Notes: generated by a model not told the origin, from the sequence alone. A stretch of DNA of 64,000 bases from Girardia tigrina (GCA_001938485.1 MQRK01241688.1:1-64000); one strand, 5' to 3'. Positions 23,216 through 37,189 are shown, numbered from the stretch's first letter. Numbers and translations: made by a program.

Positions 23216-23719
23216 TTAATAAAAAGTTTGAAATTCTAATTTTAATAATTATATATTCAATATTATATATTTTATCAAGATTTGAAAAGGTTTATAATAT
23301 TATAAAAAATTAAATTATATCGAAATAATTATAAAGATGTATTTGAAAGTTGTTTTAAATACTTTTTATCTTGTCTTTTTTGAAAATATTTAAATGTTTT
23401 TTTATATTTGGCAGTACAATTTAATATATGATATAAAGGGTTATTCGAATGATGCTTGAATGGTGTATGAATGATGTGTTAATATGTTTGTTGTACGTTT
23501 AATTTTGAGGCATGATATCTCTCCCTGGACAACTGGAATCAATTATTATCAAATTCGAAAGAAATTATTATGAATTTTATAACTATTTATGTGGAATAAT
23601 TATGTAAATAAGTATAAATGTATTTTAATATGTGGGTTGTTTTAATAATCATTAGTGTAAATTTTAATTGAAATATATTTTGTTATTTAGATATTCGCTT
23701 TTACAGCAGAGACGTCATA

Positions 23720-24800
23720 AGCAGAATGAAATCCGATAGTGAAGATCACTAGTAAAAATTACTGGAAGTAATTTTGAACGGAATTCTGAAAAAGAATTCC
23801 GCCAAAACTCCGATAACATTCGAAGAAGAAGACGATGTTGTCCAATTTTTGAAATGCATGGATGCATTTATGCAGCAGCTGGATATTTCGAAGGAAACAC
23901 AAGCTGAATTCTTCATGAAATAATTGGAGGAAGATGTTCAGTGTTTCTTGAAGTTGCAGTTGGGTTACATCAAAAATCAAAAGAGTTTCGAATGACTCAA
24001 CGAAAGGTTCTTGAAGTTGTACGGACGAAAAAAGTCAAATATCTCATCGTGGATGAAACTATTCGGAATTCGACAGAAGGATGGTCATTCAACGAAGGAG
24101 TTTATGAAAGAAGTAAGAATTCGTTGTTTTACAGAACTACTGGTTTTGACTTTCGAAGAAAAAAAGTCAAAAACTCTTCAAGTTTTTATAAATGATTTAA
24201 TGAATGAGAGAGCTTAAAAGGCACTTAAAGTGTTGCAGCCTAAAACTTTGGATGAAGCATTCGAGATGATAAAAGAAGAATGTGTAACTCAGAAGATGTC
24301 GGCAACAGTTAATGTATTGGCCGAGAATGATAAAATTCGCATGCTCAGGGATGAAGTTTCAAAACTGAACAAACGTATTAACTCATTGCAGGAAACGGTA
24401 AAAATTTTGCAGCAAGAAAGATAATGGAGTCAATGGAAAAGTGATAACAGTATGACAAATCCTGTCAAAGAAACAAGTGGATGCTGGAGTTGTGGAAGCA
24501 GCAGTCTCATTTTGAGAGACTGTAAAAAGTCTCGATTCTGCAAACAAATGCAACAAAAAGTGGCATAAAGATAAGTTTTGTCTAAACTGAAAACGTAAAC
24601 CAGTCCATGTGGTCGAGTCTGCCAGTATATCCAGTAAAGAAAGTGAAACAGGCACGGGAACAGACAAGGAAGAACAGAGCATTTGTCATATTTCAAATGT
24701 AAAGAATTCGTATGCCAGAGCGGTGAAGGAAACAATTCCGAAACAAAAGGAACAGAATAATAAAAAGAAGAGCAGTTATAAAGTTAAAGTATAAAATGGG
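23720..24800 (+). mobile_element. decayed LTR-retrotransposon gag
   Basis: Broken ORFs; PKTLDEAFE plus a coiled coil; degenerate zinc knuckle CWSCGSSSLILRDC. Confidence 0.6.
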
Positions 24801-25775
24801 AGTCTTGACAGTGACAAATAACTCACCAGAATTTTCTACAATACTTGTAATAATTATTTTATTTATTAAATATAATAAATATAAATAAATGAAAATAAAC
24901 GAACGGTAAAATATAGAAAATATAATGAATTAAAAAAATATTTTAAAATTTATTTTTTATTAATTAAATTATTTTTGATTTTATTTTTATTAATTTATTG
25001 AATATTATTATTAAGGTAAATAATTAATAAATCAATACAAAATGATGAAGAATTTAATTTGAAATTAAAAATAAAAATTTTGTTTAATAAATCACTGTTG
25101 AAATTTAATAATAAATTTTATTCGTGTATTTCGATATCCTCTTAAATGTGTGGGATATTGTTATTATCATTTATATAAAGTACTGTATGCTATTTTTATA
25201 AATCTTTAATATTCCTCTTTAAGTCGTATAAGACGATGTTAATATAAAACTTGATGATATATTAAATCTTTATGAAACTGATAGGTTGATTATTATTATT
25301 TTTAGTATTACGTTTATAGTAAATCTAACATGCTAATTTTTAAATCATAATAATTTGTAATTATATTCATTACAAGTGTGAACAGATGGACATTCAAACC
25401 AACTACTCTTAATTCTGGCTATTTATTGTCTAGAGCAGGGATGAGCAACACAAGACCCGTGGACCGCTTGTGAGCCGTTACAAATATTTATGTAGCCAGC
25501 CAAGAATTTCTAAAGTTAAAATAATTTTATCGACTTTCTCTTATCACTCTTATGTCTATCTCTCATAATTTCGCCGGAAAAGTAGGTTAAAGTTTAACCG
25601 TTAAAAAAATCAAAATTTTAAAACTACATTTACCTAAATATTAGGTCCTAAAATAATTAAAATTAAATGAAATGTAAGTAAAATTTAACTAAAATTAAAT
25701 ACAAAATAAATGACTTATGTTTGAGTGACAAATAAACTTTTTAACAAGAAATATTTTTTAATAAGAAACTTTATA

Positions 25776-27250
25776 CAGGGTGATCATAAAGTAACTACCG
25801 GGTTTTAAACTGCAATAACTTTTTTTGGCAAAACATTATGAAAAAAATGGTTTTAAATAACAAAAAAACATTAAAATTTAATAATATTCAACAGAATAAC
25901 CATCGACATCAATACAATGTTTAAGGCGTCCATGAAAAGACTTAATAGTATTTTGGCACATTTCACAATCTATTTTTGCCGCTTCTTGACAAATAAAATC
26001 TTTAAGTTGCTGAATTGTTTCTGGTTTTCTCTTATACACTTCATCCTTCAAATGCACACACACAAAAAAATCGAGTGGTGTCAAATCAGGTGACCTGGTC
26101 GGCCATACAGATGGACCACATCGTCCCAGCATTTAATAGCGTGTGAGCCGTGCTATCTGAGAAAACATTAATTTCTTCAATTTCCGGATAATCTGCCTTC
26201 AGAGCTTTAAAGATCATGTCCATGTAATAAAGAACGCTCACCTTTCCATGATCGAAATTGTCGGAAACCAGGACAATACTTTTCGTTAATCCGGGATTAA
26301 TCAAGAAAAACGCTTCATCCAAAAATTGTCGCACAATCAGTGAATAATGGGCAGGTGCTCCATCTTGCTGGAACACAGCTTTCGGTTTGCATGTTCTTCA
26401 TAACGATGACATAAAGCAACTTTTTAACATATCCAGGTAAAGCGCGACTGTTATATTTCCTTCAATAAAAAGGGGCCCATAAACATGAGTTGAAGACAAC
26501 TCCATCCAAACATTAACTTTTTCACTAGCCTGTGACTTCTCATATGTTTTGGTTGGTGTTTCAGTGCCCCAAATGCGACAGTTATGCCTGTTTACATTGC
26601 CGTTAAGATGGAAAGTTGAGTCATCAGAGAATATCAGGTTGCTAAGAAAATTTTCATCTGCATCTATCGATTGAATTAACGTTTCACACATAACACGTCT
26701 AAGAGCACATTCTTCTTCATACAAAAGTTGCGTGGCTTGAATTCTGTAGGGGAACATTTTTAAGTCGTTTCGTAATACTTTTTGAACAGTTCCATAAGAG
26801 CAATTCAGAGTTGACAACTATTTCCTGATAGAAGACTGGGGTTCTTGCTTAAAATTTTCTGCTATCTCATTTTTCTTTTCATCATCAATTGGTGATCTTC
26901 AAGATTTTGGGCATTTAGAGCGTTTCCTGTTTCTTCAAACTTTTTGAAGATGCTTCTAATACTTTTTTTCGGTTGGAATATTTTTCCATTTAAGTCGTTA
27001 AAGTTCTCTTCTTACTAAATTCACTGACTCATGCTTCACAAATAAAATAACAATTTTTACACGCTGATTTACATCCATTTTGAATCTTATGCTTAAAACA
27101 ATCACAACAATTAATAAATTTAAACAAAATGTACTTTTAATGAAATTTAAAAAAATAAGCTTCAAGATGCCTTAATAATTAAAAAGAAATAAAATATAAT
27201 TCAAAAGTTATTGCAGTTTAAAACCCGGTAGTTACTTTATGATCACCCTG
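25776..27250 (-). mobile_element. rosa/DD41D-type element nested in the hAT
   Basis: ~47-bp perfect TIRs CAGGGTGATCATAAAGTAACTACCGGG...; TA TSD; FSDDSTFHLNG, FQQDGAPAHY and WPTRSPDLTPLDFF. Confidence 0.93.
26133..26305 (-). other. foreign transposase fragment (Sola2-like) inside the DD41D catalytic domain
   Basis: SIVLVSDNFDHGKVSV...LKADYPEIEEINVFSDS interrupts FLDEAF|LGRCGP; boundaries approximate. Confidence 0.5.
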
Positions 27251-27699
27251 TAGATTAAATTCAATACTATACATTTATATTTGTTTAAAACTTACTAATT
27301 AAAATTTAAATTTTAAATAATAATATTTTGAAGAAGGTAGTCGAAGGCATTACATTATTGTCAACTAGGTTATTCGAATATTCTATTTTATTCGAAATTA
27401 AGTTTACCTTAATTTTTTTATAACTTTCAAATTTTAAACAATAATAGCGTGTCCGAAAAGCAAACAAAAAACGGAAGGTTGTGGATGAGCAAATGAATTT
27501 CGAAAAAAGTTGGAACTTTGATTATTTTTTCACTTTCATCAAAGATAAAGATGTATGCTTAATATGCTCTGAGACTGTGTTGACATTAAAAGAATATAAC
27601 ATAAAAAGACATTACGATAAAAAATATGAACAACAGTACAACTCTGGATGGATAAGTTTATACAAATGTAGAATAATTTGGAAAAAAAAGCTGTTTCAT

Positions 27700-28560
27700 T
27701 TCAGAGGAAAGTTTTTTTAGCTTTGATTATTGAAAATTCTATTTTCTGAATTCTTCTGATCTGTGGGTTATTGATTCATCCACTGGTGGAACAAATGATC
27801 AAGTTTTAATAAACAAAACGACACAAGTTTTCTGTCATAAATGGATTTTAAAGTAAAATAAGCAACAGAATCGTGAGAAAACATTTGATTTAGAGAAGAT
27901 TTCGATATTGATTTTACATCTGTGGCTGTTTAATTATTATCATCTTTAGCAGATGGTGGAAGTATTTGGTTTGTGCCCAAAAGAATCAAATTAAGAATAG
28001 TTCTCAATATCATACAAACTAATTGACAATGCATAGTTTATCGACTGTATCGTACTCTAAATTCATCATTTGATTTTCTTCGTCGTTGCAATTTAAAACC
28101 GAATCCAGCATAAGCCAAAAAACCTTCTGTACTACGTTTTTTGCTTCATCGTCTCGTATGTCCATATAGCGTATTACATCTAACACTGATTTAAACAGAG
28201 TAATTGATCGAGTTCCATTTAATGATGAGATCAGATTTAATAATTCAATTAATGAATGATAGTTTTCAGGTTGCAAAAATCGATCTAAAACTGTACTAAG
28301 AAAGCGGATTAATAATTCTCGAGCGAAAAATCCCCGGCCATCAATTATATTATTGGGAGCAAAATAGAGATTAGAATTGTTTAACGTTTTCATAAAAAAA
28401 ACCCTTTAACACTCGTGTATAAGAGTCGAATGATAAATTAACCGGACACTCGAGAAACTCTATCATAGCCCATTTTAAAATCACTCTACTTTCATGAATT
28501 GATGCTTTTTCAATCGCGTTCCATTGAGCTCAGCTTTCCTTTGTTCCTTCGGAATTTGAA
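27700..28560 (-). pseudogene. host-gene-like fragment inside the hAT; weak resemblance to the helical region of TARBP1/Trm3
   Basis: WNAIEKASIHESRVILKWAMIEFL...GFF/MKTLNNSNLYF...LLIRFLSTVL; frameshift and stops; similarity recalled from memory only. Confidence 0.35.
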
Positions 28561-29087
28561 ATTTTATTAAAAAAAGAATTTGGAAATTGAACTCCGAACT
28601 CGAAATCGATTCCCCAATCAAATGCAAATTCTTTAGATAATTTGTATTCGGTAATATTTAAGTTGATCTGCTATTTTTTATTATGAGGCATTTGAAAATT
28701 AATTAAATTACAATTTAAAACTTCGCCAAAATTTATTTTCACCAAAACTTTGTTTTAAACAAACTTTTTTTACGAAAAATTTTCTTATTTGGATTTTCGA
28801 CAAAAATTTTTTATTCCGAGACACACATACATACGCATGAAAGTCACTCACACACATTGATCAATTTCATCATTAAAACCTCACACACAATCATTTCAAT
28901 CATAAAAATATTCAAGTCTAATTGGTTCATTCAAATGGACAAAAAAACATCATTCAAGTCGATTAATTGCTATTAATCGATTTGAATCAAAAACAAAAAA
29001 AATTAATAATCATACTGCACTGATAATTGAACTATCATCATGAAACCAAATGAAAGTGATGGTTTAATCACAATATTTATACAGATA

Positions 29088-29282
29088 CAGTACTCATGGG
29101 GTTATTTGAAGGCTGAGATATTTAAACTCTCAGTTATTTGAAGAAAAAAAGTTTAGTAAAAATAGTGTTTCATTATTTTTCAAAATAATTTAATGGCATT
29201 TTTAAAATTATAACAATTTTCATAATTGAGTTATTGAATCTTTTACAAATCCCCAAAGATTCAAATAAATCAGCGGCTACTG
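29088..29282. mobile_element. pogo-type MITE, degenerate
   Basis: TA-CAGTA...TTATTTGAA / TTCAAATAA...TACTG-TA imperfect TIRs. Confidence 0.5.
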
Positions 29283-29356
29283 TATTTTTTCTTTAATTTA
29301 CTAAATTTACTTGTTAATTTAATTGCTAATTTTAATTTTAAGGATTTATTTAATTA

Positions 29357-30136
29357 CATCTATTTTATTTACACGGTAGATACGTTCCTGAGAAAAACGT
29401 TTAAATCGAAAATTAAAAATTTTCAAGTCAAAACCGTGTAAATCGAAAAGCTTGCAGAAAATGCATAATTTTGCTATTTAACAGTTCTGATTTTTTTCAA
29501 TATTTTTAGATGTACTCAGAAATAAAAATAAAATACATTGACAGGTTAAAATATGTAATATATTACGGAAACACTGTTTTTTATTTAATTATAATACATT
29601 AAACAGAAGAACAAAAAATAAAACCAAAAGTGTTTCATTATCCTTCATCACTGTCAGAAATTACTCTAATTCTCTTTTTTCGGAATCGAAGGTTCGAATT
29701 CACTTTCATCACTCGAAGTTATTTGTGCCGATTCGATGTTTGAAGCAGAAATATTTACATTATGAGAGATGGTAATAAAATCGGTTATTAACAATTGCTT
29801 CGAATTTTTTGTAAGATCTTTGTAAACTTCTTCATATTGAGCCAAGCAGCGATTTTATGGAAATTTTAATGTGTTATTATGTAAAGTAAGAATTATTTTT
29901 TAGGTTATATAATATTTTTTTATATTTCAATAATATGTATATTATTTTTTTAAGAGATTTTAACATTTAAATAATAAGAAGACCTTTCTAAAATAACATT
30001 TATTCCAAAACATCTTGCTTTAAAAGCGACTCCGGAAAAAAGTTTTTATGTGCTTGAAATACTTCGATTGATTTGAGTAAACCGTGTAAAAGCGAAAACG
30101 TGTAAAACAAGTACCGTGTAAATCAGGGGATAAATG
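29357..30136 (-). mobile_element. Tigger/pogo-like deletion derivative
   Basis: Imperfect TIRs CAT...ATTTACACGGTA; TA flanks; repeated CGTGTAAA subterminal motifs; minus-strand YEEVYKDLTKNSKQLLITDF Tigger-like C-terminus. Confidence 0.65.
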
Positions 30137-31809
30137 TATTTAAGTTTTACTTTGTTTAATTATTTGATTTATTTATTTAAATTACTTATTTATTTTTACT
30201 TTTAATTACTTAAGACTATAATATAATTACAAATTGGGCTCAAGTAAGAGTTAAAGGAAATTACAACGCGAACAACAACACGCTATTTTTCAAAAACACT
30301 TTGTGAACGCATTGCAAAATTCGAATACAGTTCTTTGGCACTTGATGAGAGCTGTAATATTAGCGATACGTCACAACTGATAATATTTGTGCGAGTTATT
30401 AATGTCAAATTGGATATTATGGAAGAATTGTGTTCACTGATTCCAATATGAGGTACTACAACCGGCCAAGACCTGTACGATGAACTAAAATCTGTGTTGG
30501 AAATTTTTTCAATTTTAGTAGAAAGGATTATTGATATATTGACAGATGGAACCCGTGAAATGTCAAGCAAGGAGGTAGGAGTATTGGGAAGGCTATTTCA
30601 AGACATTAAAAAGGTCACAGAAAGGGAAATATTAGTTAACCACTGCATACTTCACAGGAAAATTTGTGTGCTAAAAAACTGAGTTTGCCAAATGTCATAG
30701 TACTAATTATTAAACTAATCAATTATATAAAGTTGCACCCCTTAAACCACCGATAATTTAATGAATTTCTAAAAGACTTAGAAAGTGAATCTGGCGATGT
30801 GGTTTTTAATAGCAAAGTATAATGGTTAAGTATAGATGTCATGTTTAAAAGAATATACTACTTATAAAAACGAAATACAATTGTTTTGGATTGTCTCATT
30901 TCGGTAATAAAGAATGGATATGCTATTACGAGTTTCTTATCGAGATGACTCATCATTTCATTGATCTTAATGTAGAACTTCAAGGAAAAGAACAGCTTTT
31001 TCACAATTTGTCTGACAAAATTCAGGACTTTGTACTCAAATTGCAAGGGGAAAAACAGGATCCTTTGGTGAATAATGTGCCTCATTTTCTACATGTAGAA
31101 AAAGAAAACTTTACTACATCTGAAAAATAGACATTTTAATCAACGAATTTCAATTACAATTCAAAATGTTCAAAGTTGAGAAGACATCGATTTGCATGAA
31201 AATGTTTTCCTCGACATTTAATATCGATGAGGATACAGTTCCCGGAGAGTTTCAAATGGAAGTAATTGATATGCAGAATAGTAACGATTTAAAAAATGTA
31301 TTTTTCTAAGTAAAAATTTTAATTTTTATAAATCTTATGTGAACTTTGAGTAATTGTCACTTTTTACGAAAAATGCAAAGCAAATGATGTCTCTGTTCGG
31401 AAGTACGTATTTTCTACGAACAATTATTTTCAACCATGAAATTAATCAAAAATTACCACCGATCAAGACTGACTGATGCACGATTAGAAGGCTGCATACG
31501 TGTAGCTACGTCATTAATTCCGACTGATATTGATGAGCTTGTATAAAAAAAACAGTGCCAAATTTCTTATTAGAAAATCAAATAAAATCGTTTTTCAGTT
31601 TTTCTCTTGATTGTTTTTATTTTACATTATGAATTGTACATGAATTCATTACTTTTTTTTGATCTTATGTTTTTTATTGTAATTTTTATTATAAATTAAG
31701 TTTTTTTTAATTATTAATAATAGTAACTTTATGAGCATCCCGCCAAAAACTTTTAAAATTTAAATTGGCCTGTTGATAAAAAGGTTGCTCAACCCTGGTC
31801 TAGATGTAT

Positions 31810-32385
31810 CAAAACGAATGATTATGCAAAATTAAATGAGTGCTACGAATGGCCCAAATTTTTAAAACTGGAAGAGAAACTCTGGCCAAGGTGGGAGCGA
31901 TGCTTGACAAAAAGTGTGCGGATCAAGAGCAACGATCACAAAAGGGCTGAGTAACTCAAAATTAGTACGATGTATCGTATTGGAGGACAAACTACTTGAT
32001 ACCAGAAATATATTCTGCTTGGGATCGATTGATTTTAGTTGCGTTTCATCCAGAACTGTTGTAAGAAGTAAGAAAATCGAGTGATCGTGAATTGACACAT
32101 GAAGAGTTGGGCCTAGTTGTAGAGGAGTTAATACGCTGAGATCAAATTTCAGTACATGATGACGGCGTGAATGAATTGGAAAAAGGATGTTTGTTCTAGA
32201 TAAAAGTGCTTTTAATGGATTGAATCCGTTTATCAATCAGCAAGGTTTACTGAGGTTCTAAGGTTGGTTAGTAAATATTGAATCTCGGTGTCCGATTAAA
32301 TTGGCTGGAGAAAGTTGGTTTACCATGTTAATAGTCAAACGAAACCATGAAAAATTAGGAAACTATGGAAGCGAAAGATATTTAC
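31810..32385 (+). mobile_element. BEL/Pao pol fragment, decayed
   Basis: WPKFLKLEEKLWP and LNPFINQQGLLRF*GWL...PIKL...TMLIVKRNH motifs. Confidence 0.7.
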
Positions 32386-32921
32386 TAGAAGAATTGGACA
32401 ATGAATATTTGATTCTTGGGGATGATTAAAAATGTAATTAAATATAAATACATTTTGCTATTAATATTAATATAATAGTCATTTATACTAAAATATCGCA
32501 TTATAAATGACACATCTTTCAGAAAAATTGATTTTGTAAAATCGTTTTTTATTTCTGTTTGTACTATATTAATAAAAATATTATAACAAAACAACTTGTT
32601 ATTTTACTATTTTTATTGTCCCAATTGGTAGATTTTATTTATATATATTTTTACAATATTTTGTCGTGAAAGAAAGTTTTGTATCATTCCGAAAGAATAT
32701 AATATTTCGTTTACAAAAAACAAGTTTTTCAAAAGACATTAATGAACGGAGAAGATATTTGAAATACTTCAATAAGAAAGACTTTTATGAGACCAGTAAT
32801 ACGAAAGTACGTTCCTTTCTTCTAACAAATAAATATTTCGTCAACGTAGAATTTATTATTTATGTATATATATATATATATATATATCGAAAATATAATT
32901 TGATTAAAGCTTTTTTTATAT

Positions 32922-32968
32922 AATTATTTGACATGTTTCGATGTTTACATACATCATCAGCAATTTTC
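32922..32968 (-). ncRNA. minimal type I hammerhead ribozyme (Penelope pLTR), partly decayed
   Basis: CTGATGA-TGTATGTAAACATC-GAAA-CATG-TC on the minus strand; palindromic CATG replaces stem III. Confidence 0.7.
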
Positions 32969-33870
32969 AGATGTTTAGTAAATGAATATTGAATTGTTTG
33001 AATAATACAATTTTAATACAATTTTAATAAATATAATTTACTTTAAAAGGTAATAAAAAATTTTAAGGTAAAAAATTTTAAGTATTGAAATAAGCTTACT
33101 TTGCCCATTCTGAATGTTAATTGATGGGTTGTAGTGTCTTATTAGTAGAGATTCACAAAACTGTCGTTCGTAATGTGAATCAAAAGCCTTTTGTAGAACA
33201 GAAAACTCATCTTTTTAAATGGATAAGGTTCTATCCTTACAACATAACCAATGATCAAGAACCTTACTCGATCGACTAATTTGCGAGTGCTCACTAATCC
33301 GGGTTTTGAGATGACGATTTGTCTCTCCGATGTAAGAGTTTTGACACCCGTGACAATTAAACTTATATACCAGATTAGCTTGCAAATCACAAACTGTTTT
33401 CGATTTGTTTGAGAGGAAACTTTGAACTTTGGATGTGACAGAGACTACTTTAGCNNNNNNNNNNNNNNNNNNNNNNNNNNNNNNNNNNNNNNNNNNNNNN
33501 NNNNNNNNNNNNNNNNNNNNNNNNNNNNNNNNNNNNNNNNNNNNNNNNNNNNNNNNNTTTAACTCGTGCATCTGTACATAATTTGTCTAATGTTACCCTA
33601 ATGTTGTGTTCCATTTGCTTGTTTGTATACATATTGTCCCTCAAGCGCCTTCTAAGAATATTTAAACCCTGATTTGCAATTTCAAAACTGAACGACAAAT
33701 TCCAAACTCTGTGAACAAGCCTTTTTATCATACCCTCTCTGTATTTTTTCTCACAAAAATTCTGTGGTGTTGTGTAAAGACCTGTATCTGTTGCCTCTCT
33801 GAATAATTCAGTTTTATGGCCTCCATTCATCCTAGTGACAAGAATATCCAGAAATGGAAGTTTATTACCT
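32922..33870 (-). mobile_element. Penelope-like element 3' part
   Basis: RT thumb LPFLDILV...TDTGLY; GIY-YIG NLVYKFNCHGCQNSYIGETNRHLKTRISEH; downstream hammerhead. Confidence 0.9.
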
Positions 33871-34462
33871 CCTTTTGTCCTTTGGTACAACATTAGACAA
33901 GTTGCACTGTATACAGATAGCAAGTCACAAATACCTTCTAACATAGTACAGAGATTACTAAATCTAAATAGAAGCATAACTGTTAAATAATATGAATTTC
34001 TTCTCGAAAGATCCTTGAACTACATATATTTGAAAAATAACAAAGCAATCATACTAAGAACATTTAATAATAATTAAATAGCTAAGAATACATGTCTTCT
34101 ACGAATCCACTATCATTCTCTATTAAACTCATAAGTTTTAAGATCCAATATCAAGATTTGTAGGCTTATGATCAAGGGATTTGAAATTAATATCTGTAAT
34201 TAAAACATGAGCGAAATGCACGAAATCATTGACAACAAGCAATCAAATTGGCAAGTTTCATTCCTCTCTTATTTTTTCGGTATTCTTTTAACATTACTGC
34301 ATAGATTGCACCGCTTATGGCAGATCTTCGAGGAACGTAATCGGTATCCATAACGTCTCTTCTAAACTGGAACACGGTCAACATCAGACACAAGCGAGGC
34401 AAGATTTCGAATTTTAACTTCAGCGGAAATTTCTTTTACCAATCTTTTGCAAATCACTTATA

Positions 34463-35631
34463 TTAGGTTGTTCGATATGAAACGGGTCAAAATTAAAGTA
34501 AAATGTAAATCGATTTTTTTTAAATAATAACATTTTATTTTTAATCAAAATATCCCCCCATGTTGTCAACACACNNNNNNNNNNNNNNNNNNNNNNNNNN
34601 NNNNNNNNNNNNNNNNNNNNNNNNNNNNNNNNNNNNNNNNNNNNNNNNNNNNNNNNNNNNNNNNNNNNNNNNNNNNNNNNNNNNNNNNNNNNNNNNNNNN
34701 NNNNNNNNNNNNNNNNNNNNNNNNNNNNNNNNNNNNNNNNNNNNNNNNNNNNNNNNNNNNNNNNNNNNNNNNNNNNNNNNNNNNNNNNNNNNNNNNNNNN
34801 NNNNNNNNNNNNNNNNNNNNNNNNNNNNNNNNNNNNNNNNNNNNNNNNNNNNNNNNNNNNNNNNNNNNNNNNNNNNNNNNNNNNNNNNNNNNNNNNNNNN
34901 NNNNNNNNNNNNNNNNNNNNNNNNNNNNNNNNNNNNNNNNNNNNNNNNNNNNNNNNNNNNNNNNNNNNNNNNNNNNNNNNNNNNNNNNNNNNNNNNNNNN
35001 NNNNNNNNNNNNNNNNNNNNNNNNNNNNNNNNNNNNNNNNNNNNNNNNNNNNNNNNNNNNNNNNNNNNNNNNNNNNNNNNNNNNNNNNNNNNNNNNNNNN
35101 NNNNNNNNNNNNNNNNNNNNNNNNNNNNNNNNNNNNNNNNNNNNNNNNNNNNNNNNNNNNNNNNNNNNNNNNNNNNNNNNNNNNNNNNNNNNNNNNNNNN
35201 NNNNNNNNNNNNNNNNNNNNNNNNNNNNNNNNNNNNNNNNNNNNNNNNNNNNNNNNNNNNNNNNNNNNNNNNNNNNNNNNNNNNNNNNNNNNNNNNNNNN
35301 NNNNNNNNNNNNNNNNNNNNNNNNNNNNNNNNNNNNNNNNNNNNNNNNNNNNNNNNNNNNNNNNNNNNNNNNNNNNNNNNNNNNNNNNNNNNNNNNNNNN
35401 NNNNNNNNNNNNNNNNNNNNNNNNNNNNNNNNNNNNNNNNNNNNNNNNNNNNNNNNNNNNNNNNNNNNNNNNNNNNNNNNNNNNNNNNNNNNNNNNNNNN
35501 NNNNNNNNNNNNNNNNNNNNATATCTGTCAAGAAATACCTTATTTATTTTCATACGATAGTTCAAAGTTAAGTTATACGCGATTGAAATGTAAGGTGTGA
35601 AGTTTGACCCGTTTCATATCGAACAACCTAA
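34463..35631 (-). mobile_element. mariner element, interior lost in an assembly gap
   Basis: 29-bp perfect TIRs TTAGGTTGTTCGATATGAAACGGGTCAAA; TA TSD; CVDNMGGYFD* C-terminus visible at the gap edge. Confidence 0.85.
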
Positions 35632-36150
35632 TAAAACTCTTGTCCTCTTGGAAATAGATGATTATAGGAAATTCATCATGAGTAATAATGTTCAAAATGA
35701 ACTAATCAAAATAACAGTTAAATGTCTCCAAATTACTATTTGATCATTTATTGCGTCGCTCTCTAATTTCTGATAAAAAGAATTTTGACCCTCAAATAAG
35801 GAGCAAATATTCCTATAACTCAAGTTGGTGGTGATGTTAGTTAACTAACAAATTAAAAAAATACTATTAATGTAAAACCATAGTGGAATGAAATCTTAAA
35901 AAAACTTATAGAACCAAATTCTAGAAATTAAAAATATATTTAGATAATTTTTTAAAATAAGATTTTCAAAAATGTTCTTTTAAATAAATCTGAAACTCTA
36001 AAGAGTGTCCATAAAATTATCAATTTCCTGAAATCTTATTGAGATATTTTATTTATCCCATGTTGATATTGAGTAATATAAACCTTATTAATTTCATAAT
36101 TTACGCCAAAATGAGAATAATAATTTATTTTATTTTTTTCAATTTATTAG

Positions 36151-36266
36151 CTGCAGTAGATGATGCTCCTAGCTTTATTGGCTCCCCCAGGAGACTTCCT
36201 ATTTTGAGTCTGAAAAATGAGTTTACAAAAGAATCTTTGAACTCTCAAATGACATTCGAGAAATAA
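36151..36266 (+). CDS. possible terminal exon of an unidentified host gene
   Basis: T-rich tract and TTAG acceptor, then open AVDDAPSFIGSPRRLPILSLKNE...* with higher GC. Confidence 0.3.
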
Positions 36267-37189
36267 TATTCTAAATTTCATTATGCGTATTATTTATTTT
36301 TTTATATTCAATATTTTTTACCTCTACATTAATTTGTTATTTATTTATTTATTTGCGGAATATTTCCATTTATGAATTCCTGTGATATGATTGTAATGAA
36401 TTTGGAATTGTGATTCTTCTACTCAGTTGGAAAATTGGTGTTTAAATTATTATTAAATAAGGATTTATATTAAAATTTTTTAAACTGATATAAAATATAT
36501 TTCAAATATTTTCTTAAAATGAATTGTAAAAATTTTAAATTTCATGAAATAAAAAATTAAGTTTTAAAAAATTAAATAGATTTATTTTAAAATATTTTTA
36601 TAAGTTACATAATGATTTAATTGAAAATTAATAATTGTGTAAATTTTAAAAAAATCAAAGAATAAATTTAAGTGGAATTTAATAGAACTTTTTGTTCAAA
36701 TAATCAAGAAAAAAAAACAGAAAACCAATTTAGAACGATTAAAAATAGTGAGAGCTCTATTAAAAATTGTCTTGAAAACAATATGAATTATTTTATTAAT
36801 AAAAATAATAAAAACAATATTATTTATCTTTATAATTTGCTTTATTTCAGGCAACACATTTACTTTTAATGGTGAAAATCGAAATACACAAATAGTGTAC
36901 ATCGACACTTTTATTTCTTATCGATTATCATTACTGTACTAATATTTTTTAATAATATAATTAAAATAAAAATATTATTTTCAATTATTAATTATATAAA
37001 TTGCATAATTCATAACTATTACGATTATTAGAATGTACTTTATTTTCAATATTTATAAGGTTCGTGTATAATTATTAATTCGTGTAAAATTTTTAAAATG
37101 AAATTTTAATTGCTAAATTTTATTTTAAACAGAAGAAACCCTGGATTCTAATCCTTCATTTGTTATTTATCTTATGTTTTTAGATTGTG

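Larger units (their letters stand above)
25436..31797 (+). mobile_element. SPIN/Charlie-type hAT element with multiple nested inserts
   Basis: TIRs CAGGG(A/T)TGAGCAAC; 8-bp TSD GTCTAGAG/GTCTAGAT; N-terminal CLICSE...KRHY at 27481; C-terminal SLALDES, TDG, HCILH and FGSTY...RSRLTD at ~30290-31570. Confidence 0.92.

Noticed and set aside
34420-35600. Long 321-381 aa ORFs
   Set aside because: They consist of N-gap; the flanks show a mariner element.
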